From Isurus oxyrinchus (taxonomy: Eukaryota), in NCBI GenBank assembly GCA_026770705.1, contig JANJGN010000014.1, positions 93,372,001-93,436,000 on the forward strand: a stretch of 64,000 nucleotides of DNA, read 5' to 3'. Below are positions 12,866 through 25,630 of the stretch, in pieces. Position 1 is the stretch's first letter. Each line of letters begins with the position of its first letter. Below the pieces are notes generated by a model that was given only the letters and a program-made list of their open reading frames with translations, had not been told where the DNA came from and searched no databases. Both the position numbers and the translations under genes were made by a program.

Positions 12866-12878
12866 ATCCTTGTTGCCA
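12866..12878 (-). other. Primer-binding site, tRNA-Ser(GCT)-like
   Basis: TGGCAACAAGGAT equals TGGCGACGAGGAT (complement of the tRNA-Ser GCT 3' end) with two CpG-decay changes. Confidence 0.75.
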
Positions 12879-12879
12879 A

Positions 12880-13166
12880 TTTTATGTTTTGGGTTATCAG
12901 GTTCACTTTGTCTGGCAAACACTAGCCGCCTCCTTGATATTAGCACATTAGTTGGTGCTTGAAACAATGTAGGCAGAGAGACCAATAAACTGAATTTTAT
13001 TGGAACCAAGAACAGAGCACTAACACCATGTGTGCACCTTCAATCACCTCCAGCTCTAGACTTGTAGTTACCCAAGAAGTCTGCACTGTGTAGTGATTGG
13101 TCAATATAGTCACATGGTCAATTAACTACATTCTGTTGAAGGTACAAAGCACTCTACATTACCATA
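12880..13166 (-). repeat. 5' LTR of the Gypsy element
   Basis: Direct repeat of 8427-8725, followed by the PBS on the minus strand. Confidence 0.9.
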
Positions 13167-13178
13167 TCCAGTGAAGAT

Positions 13179-14908
13179 ATGGTCCCAAAAGCCAAGAAGA
13201 GTGCAGCCTCCGATTCAGTGATACATCCCTGGAGAGCTTTTTGGATGCCACGGAGGCCCACCACAATGTCCTGCGTCCCCACTCTGGCCGCTGGAGGCCC
13301 ATCAATCTCACTATTCCAGCTTGGGAGGTGGTGGCAGTGGTGGTCAGTGGCAATACTGCAGAAAAAAAGGTTGTCCACCCAGTGCAGAAAAGGATGAATG
13401 ATCTCATCCATGCTGCCAGGGTAAGTCAGCCATCTCATCAATCTCAACTCAAACACTCACAAGCCCATCACACATTCACTGGCATCTCACTCACTGCCAG
13501 CTAAAGAGGCATCACCACTTACTCTCTCACACATTCACTCGCATCACCACCTGGCCTGATCTCCTCTGGAGATCATCTTCTCATCCCACCCATGGCTCCA
13601 GTCAGCACTCACGCACGCCTGTCATCCTTCTCATTTGGCCTGACATGTGCCTTGCTCACACTCTCTCCATCTGTCTTTAAGCAGGACAAGTTTGCGTACA
13701 ATCAATGGGAGAGGTCCCAGACTGGGGGTGGAGTGCTGGACATCAAGGTCCTCACTCCATTCAAGCGTTGGAGCTGGCCGTAGAGGACATGGACCATTCC
13801 TGTAGCGAATGTAAGGTCAGCGGCAAGCATCCATGTGAGGATCCTGCACTGGATCATCCCCCTGTCGACACTACTCTGAGTCCATTATTCTGTGGGTAAC
13901 ATGGCACTAATAATCTCCACCTCCTTTACTAGGCACATCTGCAACGTCACTTTCAAACAACCTTGACCCTAACTCCAGTGCTGAGAGCACCTCAGATGAG
14001 GACCCTGAGGGTAGCACCATTGCAGACCCATCATGGTGCTCACTCACCACCTCACCAGTGCAGTGACACACACCTCGGTGGCATGTGGATGCAGAGCAGC
14101 CGTGGGATCACAATCTGGTGAGAACAGCACACAATCTGTCCCAGAGCAGATATAGTCAGGGACATTCTTGGTCACTGGCATTAGGGGGCCTGCTGGAGGC
14201 AAGGAATCTGCTGAGTCTGCGTTAGATGATGAACCTCTGGACTCGGTCCTCAATCAGTTGCTGGAGCTGCAAAGATAGCCATTGGAACATCTGGAAGGGA
14301 TGTCTGGTGCACGCCTCAGATTGCAAGGCACGATGGAGAAATCTGTCTACCTTCAGGCTGTGGTGATAGCACCAGCATGCTGATGCCCTGAGGTCAACAC
14401 TGGCAGGATGGTGGCTGCCATGGAGACCTTGGTCTAGGATATCGGTCTTGCACTGCTGCCTGGGCGGAACTCCATTGCTGACGCCATAGTTGGCCCCCAA
14501 CAGTGTCAACGTGAGAGGGATGTGGGGCAGCTCAATCTAACTCCAACTTCCCTTCTCCTCAAGGAGTCAGCCAGAGGCCATTGGGCACACGGAGGGAGGA
14601 GGACCAGCAGCTCGACACCCCGAGGTCATCCACCCAGGTGACTCTGGGAATGACCGGCTGATCCAACTCCCACCCCCTCTTCCTGTGGCCCCATCATCTC
14701 AAGTTCCACAGGCCGAGGAGGGTTCATCTGGCCCATAGATGGACCCTCAAAGCAGGCTAGGCCCCAACAGTTCTTGGCCCTCATGAAGATGTCCACCAAG
14801 ATCATCACAGACAGGGTGTAACAGTCAGCAGGCTGCCTCCATCTCTACTGTGGATGTCAGGGAAGCACCAAGACATAGCAGCAGGGTTAGGAAGGTTAAG
14901 AAGATGTA
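13179..14908 (+). pseudogene. Harbinger Myb/SANT-like gene, 3 exons (about 13179-13420, 13685-13834, 13933-14908)
   Basis: MVPKAKKSAASRFSD..WEVVAVVVS..QCRKRMNDLIHAAR|GTAAGT; AG|DKFAYNQWERSQTGGG. Read across frameshifts. Confidence 0.8.
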
Positions 14909-15121
14909 ACTCTTATGAGCACAAACACGTTTCCATCTGTTCCTATTCAGATGAAGTTACATTGTTTCATAGCTTACCATTGTGAGATTTGAACTCTTGA
15001 TCTTGGGGTTACAAACCCAGTACCATCTGTTTCAGATGAAGTTACATTGTTTCATAGTTTTGCCATTGTGAGATTTGAACTCTCAATCTTGGGGTTACAA
15101 ACCCAGTACCATAACCACTTA
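14909..15121 (-). mobile_element. tRNA-derived SINE with a duplicated head
   Basis: Minus strand CTAAGTGGTTATGGTACTGGGTTTGTAACCCCAAG..GAGTTCAAATC shows A/B boxes and a TGT anticodon loop. 14946-15026 is repeated at 15031-15112. Confidence 0.65.
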
Positions 15122-15592
15122 GTTGCACAGTCTGGACACAGGTGTTAATCATTTGTACATAATGTTCACTAATGTAAATAAAACCCCAAGAATGTCTCCC
15201 TGTTATGATGAGCAGTGTTCATGTCATTCAGATGTGAAACCTTAGCTCTTACACAAGATAAAGGCAGGTGTCTCAGTCCAGGGCCTCTTACCTGTGCAGA
15301 GCAAAGTGAGAGTCCGGCTTTACACTCACTGGACACATTTGTGATATCTGCACCTCGATAGTGCTTGTATTGCTGCCAGAATGTTGTGGGCAGGAGTCAC
15401 AGAATTCCATCATTCTCTTTGTGTGCTCCCAGCACCTTTGAGGTGAGGCTGGCCCCCATTTCTTCAACATCTGTGTCTGGTGACGGTGTGGTCCTGAAGG
15501 GTACAAGTGATGAAGGGTGCCAAAGGATCAGGTGCACTTAAAGTTTCACAGCTGTGTCTCCATGATATGACCCTGATCACAGACCTCAAGCA

Positions 15593-15870
15593 AGCTGCCC
15601 TCAGCCAGACAGGAGTCAGGCATTCACAGAGGCATTGTGAAGATCTATGGAGTGTCCTCTTTGCATGTCATCATCATCCTCCTGGAATCTAGCCACTATT
15701 AGGGCCTCTGCTGCGTCTTCATGACATGAGCCTGAGCACTGAGGGTATGTGCGCTGCCATCAGCCACACAGGAGTTAAATGTTCACAGATGCAAAGTGAG
15801 GATGTCAGGACTGTCCTCACTGCATCTCATCATCATCCTCCACAAATCTTGTGGCTATTAGGGCCTCATG
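15593..15870. repeat. Internal tandem duplication (about 160 bp) at the transposase 3' end
   Basis: GCTGCC.TCAGCCA.ACAGGAGT..TGTCCTC..CATCATCCTCC..CTATTAGGGCCTC occurs twice. Confidence 0.65.
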
Positions 15871-18234
15871 TGCGCAGCTGCCTCATCTGGCCTGTGCGAG
15901 GGCCTCATCGTCAGCAACCTCATCTTCAAGGACCTCACCACCCACATTCCCTTCAATGCCCTCCTCATCAGAGGAGACATGCAGCTCTTCCATCTCCGCC
16001 TCAGCCAGGTCCTCTCCCCGTTGCAGTGCCAGGTTGTAGAGCACAGCAATCAACAATGATATGTAACACCCTCTGGGAACTATATTGTAGTGCTCCACCA
16101 GGCCTGTCAAGTCACCGGAACCTCATTTTCAATATACCAATCGTTTGCTCCACCGGAATCTGGGTTGTGGGATGAGTATCATTATACCTTCGCTCTGCTG
16201 CAGTCTGAGGCCACTGCACGGACGTCATCAGCCACATCCCCTGTGGGTAGCCCTTGTTCTCGAGGAACCAACACTGCAGCTTCTCTGGACCCTGGACCAT
16301 GTCAGGGATCTGAGACCTGCTGAGGATGTAGGAGTCATGGGCCCTGGGAATTGTGCGCATACCTGCAGGATGAGTTTGTGGGGTCGCAGACAAGGTGAAC
16401 ATTCAGCAAGTGGAAGCCCTTGTGGTTCACTGTTTTAGGGATCACATCACTGCTTGTTGCCATGGAGATCTAAGCATCATGTGAGTGCAGTCAATGGCAC
16501 CCTGCACCTGTGGAAAACAAGAGACCTGCAGATATCCCAGTGCTCTTGCTTCCTGGCTTGCCCGATCCCAGTCGAAATGCACAAAGTTCTGTGCCTTCAC
16601 AAAGATGGTGTCGTGACTTCCTGGATGCACTTGTGGCTGGAGGCTTTTGAGATCCCGTACAGGTCACCTGTGGAGTTCTGGAAGGAGCCACTGGCATGAA
16701 AATTGGGCGCTGCCCAATTGGTCATTTTCACAGCCACAGGCATTGGATGTCCTTCAAGTCCAAAGTGGTGCCAAATCCTACAGCAGGTGGTATACATGAC
16801 CAACCAGTTCCCTAAACATGCGCAGTCTGTGGTGACACTGCTTCTCAGTCAAATGCCGACCCTGGGTTTAGTGAGCCACCTATGAGCAACAGCTCACTGT
16901 GGATTTTCAGCTGCGTGAGCAGGAGGCCCTGTTGCACCTTCAACTTAAGGATGGTGCTCCTCCCTTTGGTGAACCAGGCGCCTCCATCATAAGGACATAA
17001 GAACATAAGAAATAGGGACAGGAGTAGACCATTCGGCCCCTTGAGCCTGCTTCGCCATTCAATAAGATCATGGTTGATCTTCTTGTGTTTCGAGTTCCAC
17101 AAGCTCATCTAACCCTGATAACCTTTAATTCCTTTGCCTAACAAGAATCTATCTACCTCTGCCTTAAAAATATTCAATGACCCCGCCTCCACCACCTTCT
17201 GAGGCAGAGAATTCCAAAGTTTCACAACCCTCGGAGAGAAAAAATTCTCGTAATTTCTGTCCTAAAAGGGCGACCCCTAATTTTAAAACAGTGCCCCCTA
17301 GTTCTGGACTCGCCCACAAGAGGAAACATCCTTTCAACATACACCTTGTCATGGCTATTCAGGATCTTGTATACTTCAATCAAATCACCCCTCACTCTTC
17401 TAAACTCCAATGGAAACAAGCCCAGTCTGTCCAATCTTTCTCCATAAGACAACCCATTCATTCCAGGTATCAATCTAGTAAACCTCCTTTAATCTGCCTC
17501 CAATGCATTTACATCCTTCCTAAATAAGGAGACCAAATTGCGCACAGTATTCTAGGTGCAATCTCACCAATGCCCTGTATAACTGAAGCATAACATCTTT
17601 AGTTTTATGCTCAATCTCTCTCATAATAAAGGATAGCATTCCATTAGCCTTCTTAATTACTTGCTATACCTGCATTCTAATTTTTGTGACTCGTACTAGA
17701 AGACCTAGATCCCTCTGCACCTCCGAATTATGCAGCCGTTCTCCATTTAAATAGTACTCTGCTTTTTTGTCCTTCCTGCCAAAGTGAACAACTTCACATT
17801 TTCCCACATTAAACTCCATTTACCAGATCTTTGCCCACTCACTCAACCTATCCATATCCATCTGCAACCTCCTCATGTCCTCCTCAAAACATACTTTCCT
17901 ACCTCTCTTTGTGTCATCAGCAAATTTAGCAAACATGTCTTCACTCCCCTCATCTAAGTCATTGATGTAAATTGTAAAACGTTGAGGCCCCATTACAGGC
18001 CCCTATGGGAGATCACTTGTCACATCCTGCCAATCAGAAGAAGACCCATTTATGCATACTCTCTACTTTCTGCCAGCCAGCCAATCTTCTATCCATGCTA
18101 ATATGTTACCCACTACACTATGCACTTTTATTTTCTGTAATAATCTTTGATGTGGTACCTCATCATCACACTCTTCTCCTTCTTCTTTGCTCCTTGTATG
18201 CCATGAGGCATCCTGTTAAATCATCAGACCTCAT
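15817..18234 (-). pseudogene. HARBI1-type (DDE_Tnp_4) Harbinger transposase pseudogene, split by a CR1 insertion
   Basis: HPMPVAVK..NFHASGSFQ..GISKAS; FPQVQGAIDCTH; HDSYIL..WFLENKGYP..WLMT; VEQTIGILKMRFR. Confidence 0.9.
16988..18160 (-). mobile_element. CR1 LINE, 5'-truncated
   Basis: (TTCTTATG)n tail; MIPGMNGLSYGERLDRLGLFPLEFRRVRGDLIEVYKIL..GESRTRGH. Confidence 0.92.
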
Positions 18235-19014
18235 GATGCTGATGTTCTCCTCCTGCAGGATCAAAGACAGAGATGCATGGGTTAGCATATGTCTCCTAAG
18301 GACCTCTCTTGGTTAAGTCTCCAGCTCTGGCTGCGTCTCAAGGCCTCATCACACATGTGGGTGATTGTTGGCCACTGTTGGATGACCAGTGTGTACTGCC
18401 CTTCATGGCTGTCCTAAACCCCACCCACCTCCGCCCCACTCCACTTGATCGATTAGCGGCAGTTTCAGCTCACTTTTGATAAGCTTTCCCAAGTGGGTGG
18501 CCGCTTCCTTCACCCACCCCCACTCGCCCAAGGCTCCACCGACATGTGCTTGTGTACTTCCATCAGTCTGTGCTGCCTTACACATTAAAAGCATTCTGAA
18601 GGCACGTCAAATGTGAGAGGTAAATTTGACGTGGCGAGGGGGATGATTCCTGCGTGCAGGCATAATGATGAGATGCAAAAACATTTAAATTAAGTTTCCA
18701 ACATTGGATGGAGGGAAACGCAATCCACCATTGATGGGCAGAGCGGATATTCGCAAACTGGTTTCACAACGGCATAAAACCAATTTTTGGCCTTCTCGCC
18801 ATATTGTCGTTCATGCTGCCAAACATACCTGCCAGCAACGGGAGCAGAAAATTCCTCTGTGTAGAAAATAAAATTATTTGATAAAGTCTCATTTGTTAAC
18901 TGTTTATGCTTTTTTCCTCAGAGTTCCTCCTAAATGAGTGTTTTAGCTTTGACAGAAGAACAGAATAACTTGAGTTATGTATTATCTGATCAACTTAATC
19001 AACTTATTTTTAAA

Positions 19015-19300
19015 CAACAAAGGGCCTACAAGCAACTATGAGACCAATGACTAGATAATCAGTTTTTAGTGATGTTTATTGAGAGATAAATGCTGGTCAC
19101 TATACTGGAGGAACTTACTTCCTGGTCTTTGAATAATGCAATACAATCTTTTACATCCAGTTGAGTAAACAGTTGGAGTCTTAGTTTAACATCTCACCTG
19201 AAAAGTGGTTTTACTGACAATGCTGTACTCCTTTATTATTGCACTGCTGCACCTTTTGACTTAGAATGAAGAGTGTTCTTACGGAGCTAAGCTGACATTC
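19015..19300 (-). mobile_element. Deu-domain SINE (SacSINE1-like), degenerate
   Basis: Reverse complement resembles the Deu core ..GATGTTAAAC..GGATGTAAAAGAT.. with a tRNA-like head. Confidence 0.6.
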
Positions 19301-19721
19301 CAAGAGTAATGCTGCTACATTCTGGGCGTTGTAATCTGCTATAGTTTGCTATAGAGTTCTAGTTTGCCAAGGCAAACTCCAAAAACGTGGAAGAGCTCAA
19401 ATCCTAAAACACTGAGAGATGGCAAAGAAAGCATTGGTAAATTTTTTTGGAAGCATCTTAAGCATGCATTGGCCAACTTTATAGCTAGATTCTGTACAGC
19501 TTTTCAATGTCTTTATTCATTTTTATGTTATATTTCTAACCTTCAGTAGTTTAGGCAGTGAAACAACATGGCTGTTCAAAAAGCTGGAAAATTTGTTAGA
19601 GAAATTTTATCAATTAACATTGGGGCGATTGCTAAGAATTGATTGGTAGCTTTTTCGTAGCTTTTCAATGAATACAAATACTTATGAAGAGCCATAGGAG
19701 AAAGCTTTTTTGTTTTTTAAG

Positions 19722-21020
19722 TGGAAACTGCAGCACAGAAACAGGCCATTCAGCCCGAATGGTTGATGACTTTGTCTATACTCTAAGCCTCCACTTAGAG
19801 TTGTCTATACTCTAAGACTTCTTTCCACCTTACTCCAATATCCTATATTTCCTTCACCCTCATGCTTGTCTCAAGTGTTCCCTTAAATGCGTCAATGTTA
19901 TTTGTTTCAACCAATCAATGAGGCAATGCATTCCACATTCTCACTACTTTCTTTTATAACAAAATTGCTCTTAAATTCTTTATTTGACCTTTATCACTAC
20001 CTTATATTTATGTTGATTACTGTAAGCTCAACCACAAGAGAAAACAATTTCTCCACACCCACCTTATTGAGCACTTTCATAATATTGAAGACTTTAATTA
20101 GTTCTCCTCATAGTTTTCTTTTATCCAGAGAAAAGACCCTTATTCACTCAAAATTTCTTGACATTGTTTCAATCCTGGCAACATCCTTGTAAATCTTTAC
20201 TGCACTTACTCCAGTACTTCAATATCCTTTGCATAGTTTGGAGGCCAGAACTGCACACAGTGGGCAGAATTTTTCTCTCATCAGGCGGGCGTGTGCCTGA
20301 CCCAGATGAGAATTAATGAGTGCACAATGACATCGGGCAAGCATCCCGATGGCATCGTGCACTCTCGCAATATTTCACTCAGTGGGCGTGCTCGAGAGGT
20401 GGCAGTGCACCCGTCAACAAGTAAGAGGTCTATTAAGGCCCTTAATCAATTAATTAATTTGGATTTGTCATTGCCCTTCCAATCGCTTGGTTAGCGAGCA
20501 GGCAAAAAGTTTAAGCAGCCTTTGGATTTTTGAGGAAACCTCATCCACAGGTGGGATGAGGTTTCCGATGTGAATTAAAAATTAAATTAAAATGTTTAAA
20601 CCTCATTTATAACATGTTCCTGCTCATGTGACAGAGTCACACAAGGAGACATGTTCACCTTATTTTTTAAATCTTCATTTGTACTGTTTGAACTCCCTGA
20701 GGCAGCTCTGTGCCTTCAGGGAGTTTTCAGCGCGCACGTGTGCTGAGTGAGATATCACAAGAGTGCGCGATGCCGTTGGGATGCGTGTCCTCCTCCCGCC
20801 CTCATCCTGGCAGCAGTCAGCGTTGTAAATTGGCCAGCCAGCGCGAAATCGCGGTCGGGGCCTGATTGCGGGGGCGGTGGGTTTCGCAACCGGTCCCGGG
20901 TCCTCCTGCCATGCCCGCCCGAGGAGGGCAAAATTCAGCCCAGTAATCCAATTTTAGTCTAACCAGGGTTCTATGTAAGGTTAATAGTACCCTTCTGTTT
21001 TTGTGTTCTATTCCTCTCTG
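19722..21020 (-). mobile_element. Old CR1 3' fragment interrupted by a MITE
   Basis: ACAGGCCATTCAGCCC tail; CCAGAACTGCACACAGT|AATCCA..CTAACCAGGG rejoins across 20262-20941. Confidence 0.7.
20262..20941 (+). mobile_element. Harbinger family-2 MITE (680 bp)
   Basis: TIRs GGGCAGAATTTT and AAAATTCAGCCC; 3-bp TSD AGT. Confidence 0.88.
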
Positions 21021-22150
21021 ATACAGCACTGGAGGCCTTAGTGCAGAAGGTGGACAGAAGTAGAGAGGTGGTTCTTCCCTCAGGGGGCTCAAAGGCCTTC
21101 TGGGCAGGTAGTATGAAGGCAGTTTGCACAGGTAGCCATTATGCTAAATGGCAGCAGTCTAGCTCTGAGGACCTGGATGCAATGCCAAAAGAAATTCAAT
21201 AACCTCACAGGAATGGTCAAGGTCATTAAATGCGTCTTACAAATTAACAACTAGCCTCACATATTGCTCCATTCACTTCACACCTTTCACTCACCTATCA
21301 AAAGTCTGGCATGACTAATACGTCTCATTCATAGCTCCATCTCACCCTCACACAATGAGCACTGTTGCAAGCCTCACACTCACATCCTGGACATACTGCT
21401 AGCTATTCAAGCAAGGCAGGCAGGTCACCCAAGCACGTTGCACCACATACACTGACACAGTTCTCTCTCTCTCTCTTGCAGGACAATTTGGCCCATAATC
21501 AGAGGCAGCAGCACCTAAACTGCAGGGTCAGGCATGGCTGTGTGCCTTCACCCCCGTGAGGTAGTCTGTATTGGTCATCAGTGGAGTGGGCACAGCTAAG
21601 ACTGCTGAAAACGGTGGTATTAAATCTTTATAGGATGTCATTATGTTCCTGGTTAAGCCACCTTCTCACATTTGACTTCACCCTCTTTCCACAAACGCTT
21701 TTGAATTAGAAGCTGCAGATGGTGTAAGCATGGACGTCGTGCTTCCCTTGCCCCCTGCTACCTCAACTATACCCTTGTAACTTTATCTTTGCAGATGCAC
21801 AAGAAATGCCACCTGGTGCAGGAGCATGAAATGCCAGAAAAACAAGAGACTGGTGAAGAATATACACTGTCACTTGATCTCACACAGCCATCAGGACAGT
21901 AACCGGCACTCTGTGCGCTTTTGAGGGTAGCATAGAGACAAAATTTTTATGTGGTGATTCATTGGGCATGAGTGGCCTGCATTCAGGGCAGGGGGAAAGC
22001 ATTGCATAGATGCCAGCTCCCCAGAGGGCGAGGTTACACATGAGCCCTGCTGTATCTCCCTTTTTCTGTATGCTACTCCATCGAAGAACTCATCACAGAA
22101 CTCCAGGGGAGTACTGCTTGGCTCCTCCAAGGTGGTTCAGGCAGTGGAAT
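21020..22150 (+). pseudogene. Older Harbinger Myb/SANT gene remnant
   Basis: ALEALVQKVD..RTWMQCQKKFNNLTGMVK|GT; AG|DNLAHNQRQQ. Confidence 0.7.
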
Positions 22151-22266
22151 TGTTGCATCATCACTCAAATGAGCTTCTCTATTAAGTTTATCGTGGCTTC
22201 TTGTCTCTTCTTGTATGCATTTTGCCACATGTGGCTAGGATGCAGAGCTATGTCCTAAGCCAGCAG

Positions 22267-23505
22267 TTATGAGGACAGTCCTTGTCATTCAGCTAGTATC
22301 CTCTGGTTTGATATGGTTGTTTAAATACTGAGAAAATAGTGGGCTGGTACAGAATGAAAGCGCTGTAACTGCTGTCAGGATAGCAATGTCATGTCCAGTG
22401 AAGGCATGTCTTATATATAACTTTAAATGTGGGCTGTACTCAGTGTATAATTTTCTGGAACTGTCTTTTATTTTAAAAAAAGTGACATTGATAAGGTTGT
22501 TAAGATGGCTGCCAAGGGTCAGGTAACTTTTGTAATTTCTGCACAGACAAAAGATTAATTCTTGTCTGAAAATGCCTCTAGAAAATTCTCAAATGCAAAT
22601 GGGTTTCTCAGGTGCAAAGGGACAACCCTTTTACCAGCTCAATGAAGGGATCTAACAAGCAATGACTGCCAGATGTGTTGGAGCTATGAGGATGGAATAT
22701 CAAATAAGGTCTCCAGTGAGCTAATCATAGCTGTTATGTTGATGAGTTATGAATCATTCCCCCATTGTATATCAATCACCCTGTCTCCAACACATTGTGT
22801 AAAATGAAAGGCATTAGAACTTGCCATCATGTGACCAAAACCAGTTTCTGATACCAAATCCAATATTATTCCAAGAAACAGAGAGAAAATAGTCAGTCAG
22901 TCCACACAGACCACTAGCTACAAGACATCAGCAGCAGAAAAGGCAGTAGATCCATACCATTCTGAACCTGATGACTGTTACATCTAAAAAGACTCCCAGC
23001 CTGATTCCTATTCTAAGCCCACCTGTATAGAAAATCAATCTTCTTGTAAGAAAAAACTACAAGTGACTAACTTTGTGACATACTGAACATCCAGCTCTTT
23101 AAGGAAATCCTACAATAATCCCTGATAAATGACTACAGTTATTGAAACTGCCTAAACTACCCTTTCAGTGTGAAAACCAAGCCTGCAACAACAGTTTTCC
23201 TGTGACTAGCCAGACACATGAACTATGAACTATTATTTTGTTCACAACTTGTTAATAATCATTATTCTCTTAAACTATACCTTTCATGAGTGGCATAGCA
23301 TTTAAACTTTTGGGGAGAATGCATGAATAAATAATCCTCTTTATTTAAAACCACAAAATCTTGCTGCTATTACTTAAAATGACTGCACACTTCAGTAGCT
23401 AAGTAATGCTTAAGTTTTTTTTTTCAAAAACGACACTGATGGGATGATGGACAGTAAGGGAAAGGGTATAAGGGTTTCAGTTCTCTCCCAACCCAGTCCG
23501 TATCA
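22267..23505 (+). mobile_element. Probable solo LTR (about 1.2 kb), left boundary uncertain
   Basis: AATAAA near 23326 and a 3' end CCCAGTCCGTATCA resembling the CCGTAACA end of the LTR at 54497-55523. No clean TSD. Confidence 0.45.
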
Positions 23506-23624
23506 GCAAGCAGTCACCAGCATGATGTGCTAAGGACAGTCGCAAACTAACTATATATTCAATGAGTATTAACTTCTGTAGTTGTGGTAAATTTCAGCAT
23601 TGAGATACAACATTTGAAACTCTG

Positions 23625-24270
23625 AGGACAGAATTTGATGATTACCACATGGAGATTTGCAAGTGGTTGGGCCCATAAATTTTCCCAGGTGGCCTTCCCA
23701 CTGCCCTCCTGCCCACCCTGACCTGTCCACAATTTTATGTGAGGCCCAAGGCCTAGGGCGGCCCATTTACCCTTGTCCCAATTGAGATCCTTAAGTGGCC
23801 AATTATTGGATACTTAAGGGTTGCTTCGTGCCTGGCCTCGATTTTGAAACTAGCAGTAGAAGTTCAAGGGCAAGGGGGAAGCCTGGCAGACAACCCTGCT
23901 CAGACCTTAGTCAGGAGGGGTGGCGCCTCCCTCAAAGACCCCCTTTCACTTCAGACCCCAAGTCTTCCTCCATGGCCTCTACACCAAGACTCATCTCCCT
24001 CTCCACAGGCCCCATTCTCCTCCCTGCCATGAGAGCCCCCCTCCCCCCACTCCCAACCACACCCCACCCCCAACCCCCACCTCCGCGCTTACCTTGTCTT
24101 AGACCTCTAGACTTAGAGCCTGGGGATTGTTTGTAGTTCCAGTCCAGACCACTTCTACCCACTGGCATTTCTGGTGCTACAGAAATCAGATAGGCCGGCA
24201 GCTCACTGAAGTGCAATTTCTGCCTGAGTAAATGCAGAAGTCCTGTCTCCAGCCAAAAATGGCTGTGGGG
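23625..24270. mobile_element. Harbinger-type MITE (family 3)
   Basis: Starts GGACAGAATTT; interior resembles 39195-39961. Confidence 0.5.
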
Positions 24271-25630
24271 CTGTTGTGACCAGTCTCATACCTGGGCCAG
24301 ATGACATTTTGGTATCAAAACGGCAAAGTACTAAAACTGCAGGTACTACGAACCCCAGTTTTATGGCTTATGGACCGCATTTCCAGTATAACTACCAGAA
24401 TCACACCCATAGATGTTCTCTGGCACAGAATCCACTGGAGTTTGTGGGTCAGTGAGAGAGCATAATACTTGCATGAGGTTCACAAATCCAATGCTACAAA
24501 GGACATACCTCTAATGTCTACTATCTCCTCCCTGTTCACCATTAGGCAAGGGGGTTACTCTGACTTCAGCAATCACCCCCTTAGCCATACCTGCACAGGG
24601 CTGATAAAGTTTTGTTTCGGCCACCCCTGATATCATTGCCTTCAAGAAACTAGGAAATGTATTGAATTTTAAATGCAAATGAATGAAATATTTATAATAA
24701 TGGAAGTATAAATAAATCAGTGATGAGTTGAATTGTAAGTTTTAGACCTTTACCTGACTGGGCCAAATGTAGAGTCAGTGAACAAGAAACCCTCATCAGT
24801 CCATCAAGCCCATTTACTCTATGTGCCATGCATAATTTATCCGACCCTTCAATTCCCCAAAATAAGTAACTGACTACAGGTAAAACCTCTTATCAAAATG
24901 CTTTTCAGCAAATATTTATTCATCTCACTTTTAAAAGAGTTAATCATTGATTTCAATGGAAATGCTTTTTATATATCTAAACTCTTGGGGAGAAAAGTTT
25001 CTTCAAAGCACAAGTCTTGCTTGAGGCCTTTTTAAATATTCTTTCACGGGATGTGGGTGTCACTGGCTAGGCCAACATTTATTGTCCATCCCTAATTGCC
25101 CTTGAGAAAGTGGTGATGAGCTGAAACTTTCAATCCTCCAGTTCTATTACTTATCAATCTTCAATGAAAATATGGTTAATTTTTTGAGTGTTTCCTCATA
25201 AATAACGTTTAAGTTCATGTTTGGTCAGGAGTTACAAAATTGCCTTTAATAGTTTGATCTATAGTTTGTCCATCTTTGTCCAGCTGGGCTCTTTGCCTCA
25301 CTCGCCCTTCTGAACTGAAGGAGACCCCTCACAGCTCCTTTAATGCAAAAGCAATAGGTGGAATTGTGTCAGATTTGCACCAAATGCGGTAGCGGGCGGG
25401 GAAAGGATGCTCTACCCGCCGGCCGCAATGGCAGCTTCTCATGCTGTATTGTCCCAATCCCAACTCATTAATTATAAATTCCCAGGAAACATACCATTTC
25501 CATGGCAGGTGGGTTCTCATTTCCTGCCACACCATTGCCTCACTGCATCATTAAGCCAGGTACCATATTTAAAGTGCAGCCGCGCACACACCTCTCGGTG
25601 CTTCCAGCCCAGGACTGCTGCAAAGAAGAC

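Larger units (their letters stand above)
8427..13166 (-). mobile_element. Full-length decayed Gypsy/Ty3 LTR retrotransposon (Mag-like)
   Basis: Two LTRs, a 5-bp TSD TCCAG (8422-8426 and 13167-13171), PBS, PPT, and gag-PR-RT-RH-INT domain order. Confidence 0.93.
7879..18859 (+). mobile_element. Formerly autonomous PIF/Harbinger family-1 transposon with nested insertions
   Basis: Left TIR GGGCGGAATTGTCCCAG; degenerate right TIR GAAAATTCCTCTG. Convergent Myb/SANT (+) and DDE transposase (-) genes. The host sequence rejoins across each insert. Confidence 0.85.

Noticed and set aside
15031-15121. Functional tRNA gene
   Set aside because: The acceptor stem is missing, the unit is duplicated, and it is inserted into a transposon; it fits a SINE head.
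19772-19816. 16-bp direct repeat as a possible TSD
   Set aside because: Only 13 bp lie between the copies, so local slippage within an old CR1 is more likely.
24272-24630. Possible ancient SINE (LF-SINE/AmnSINE-like)
   Set aside because: I could not match diagnostic motifs with confidence.
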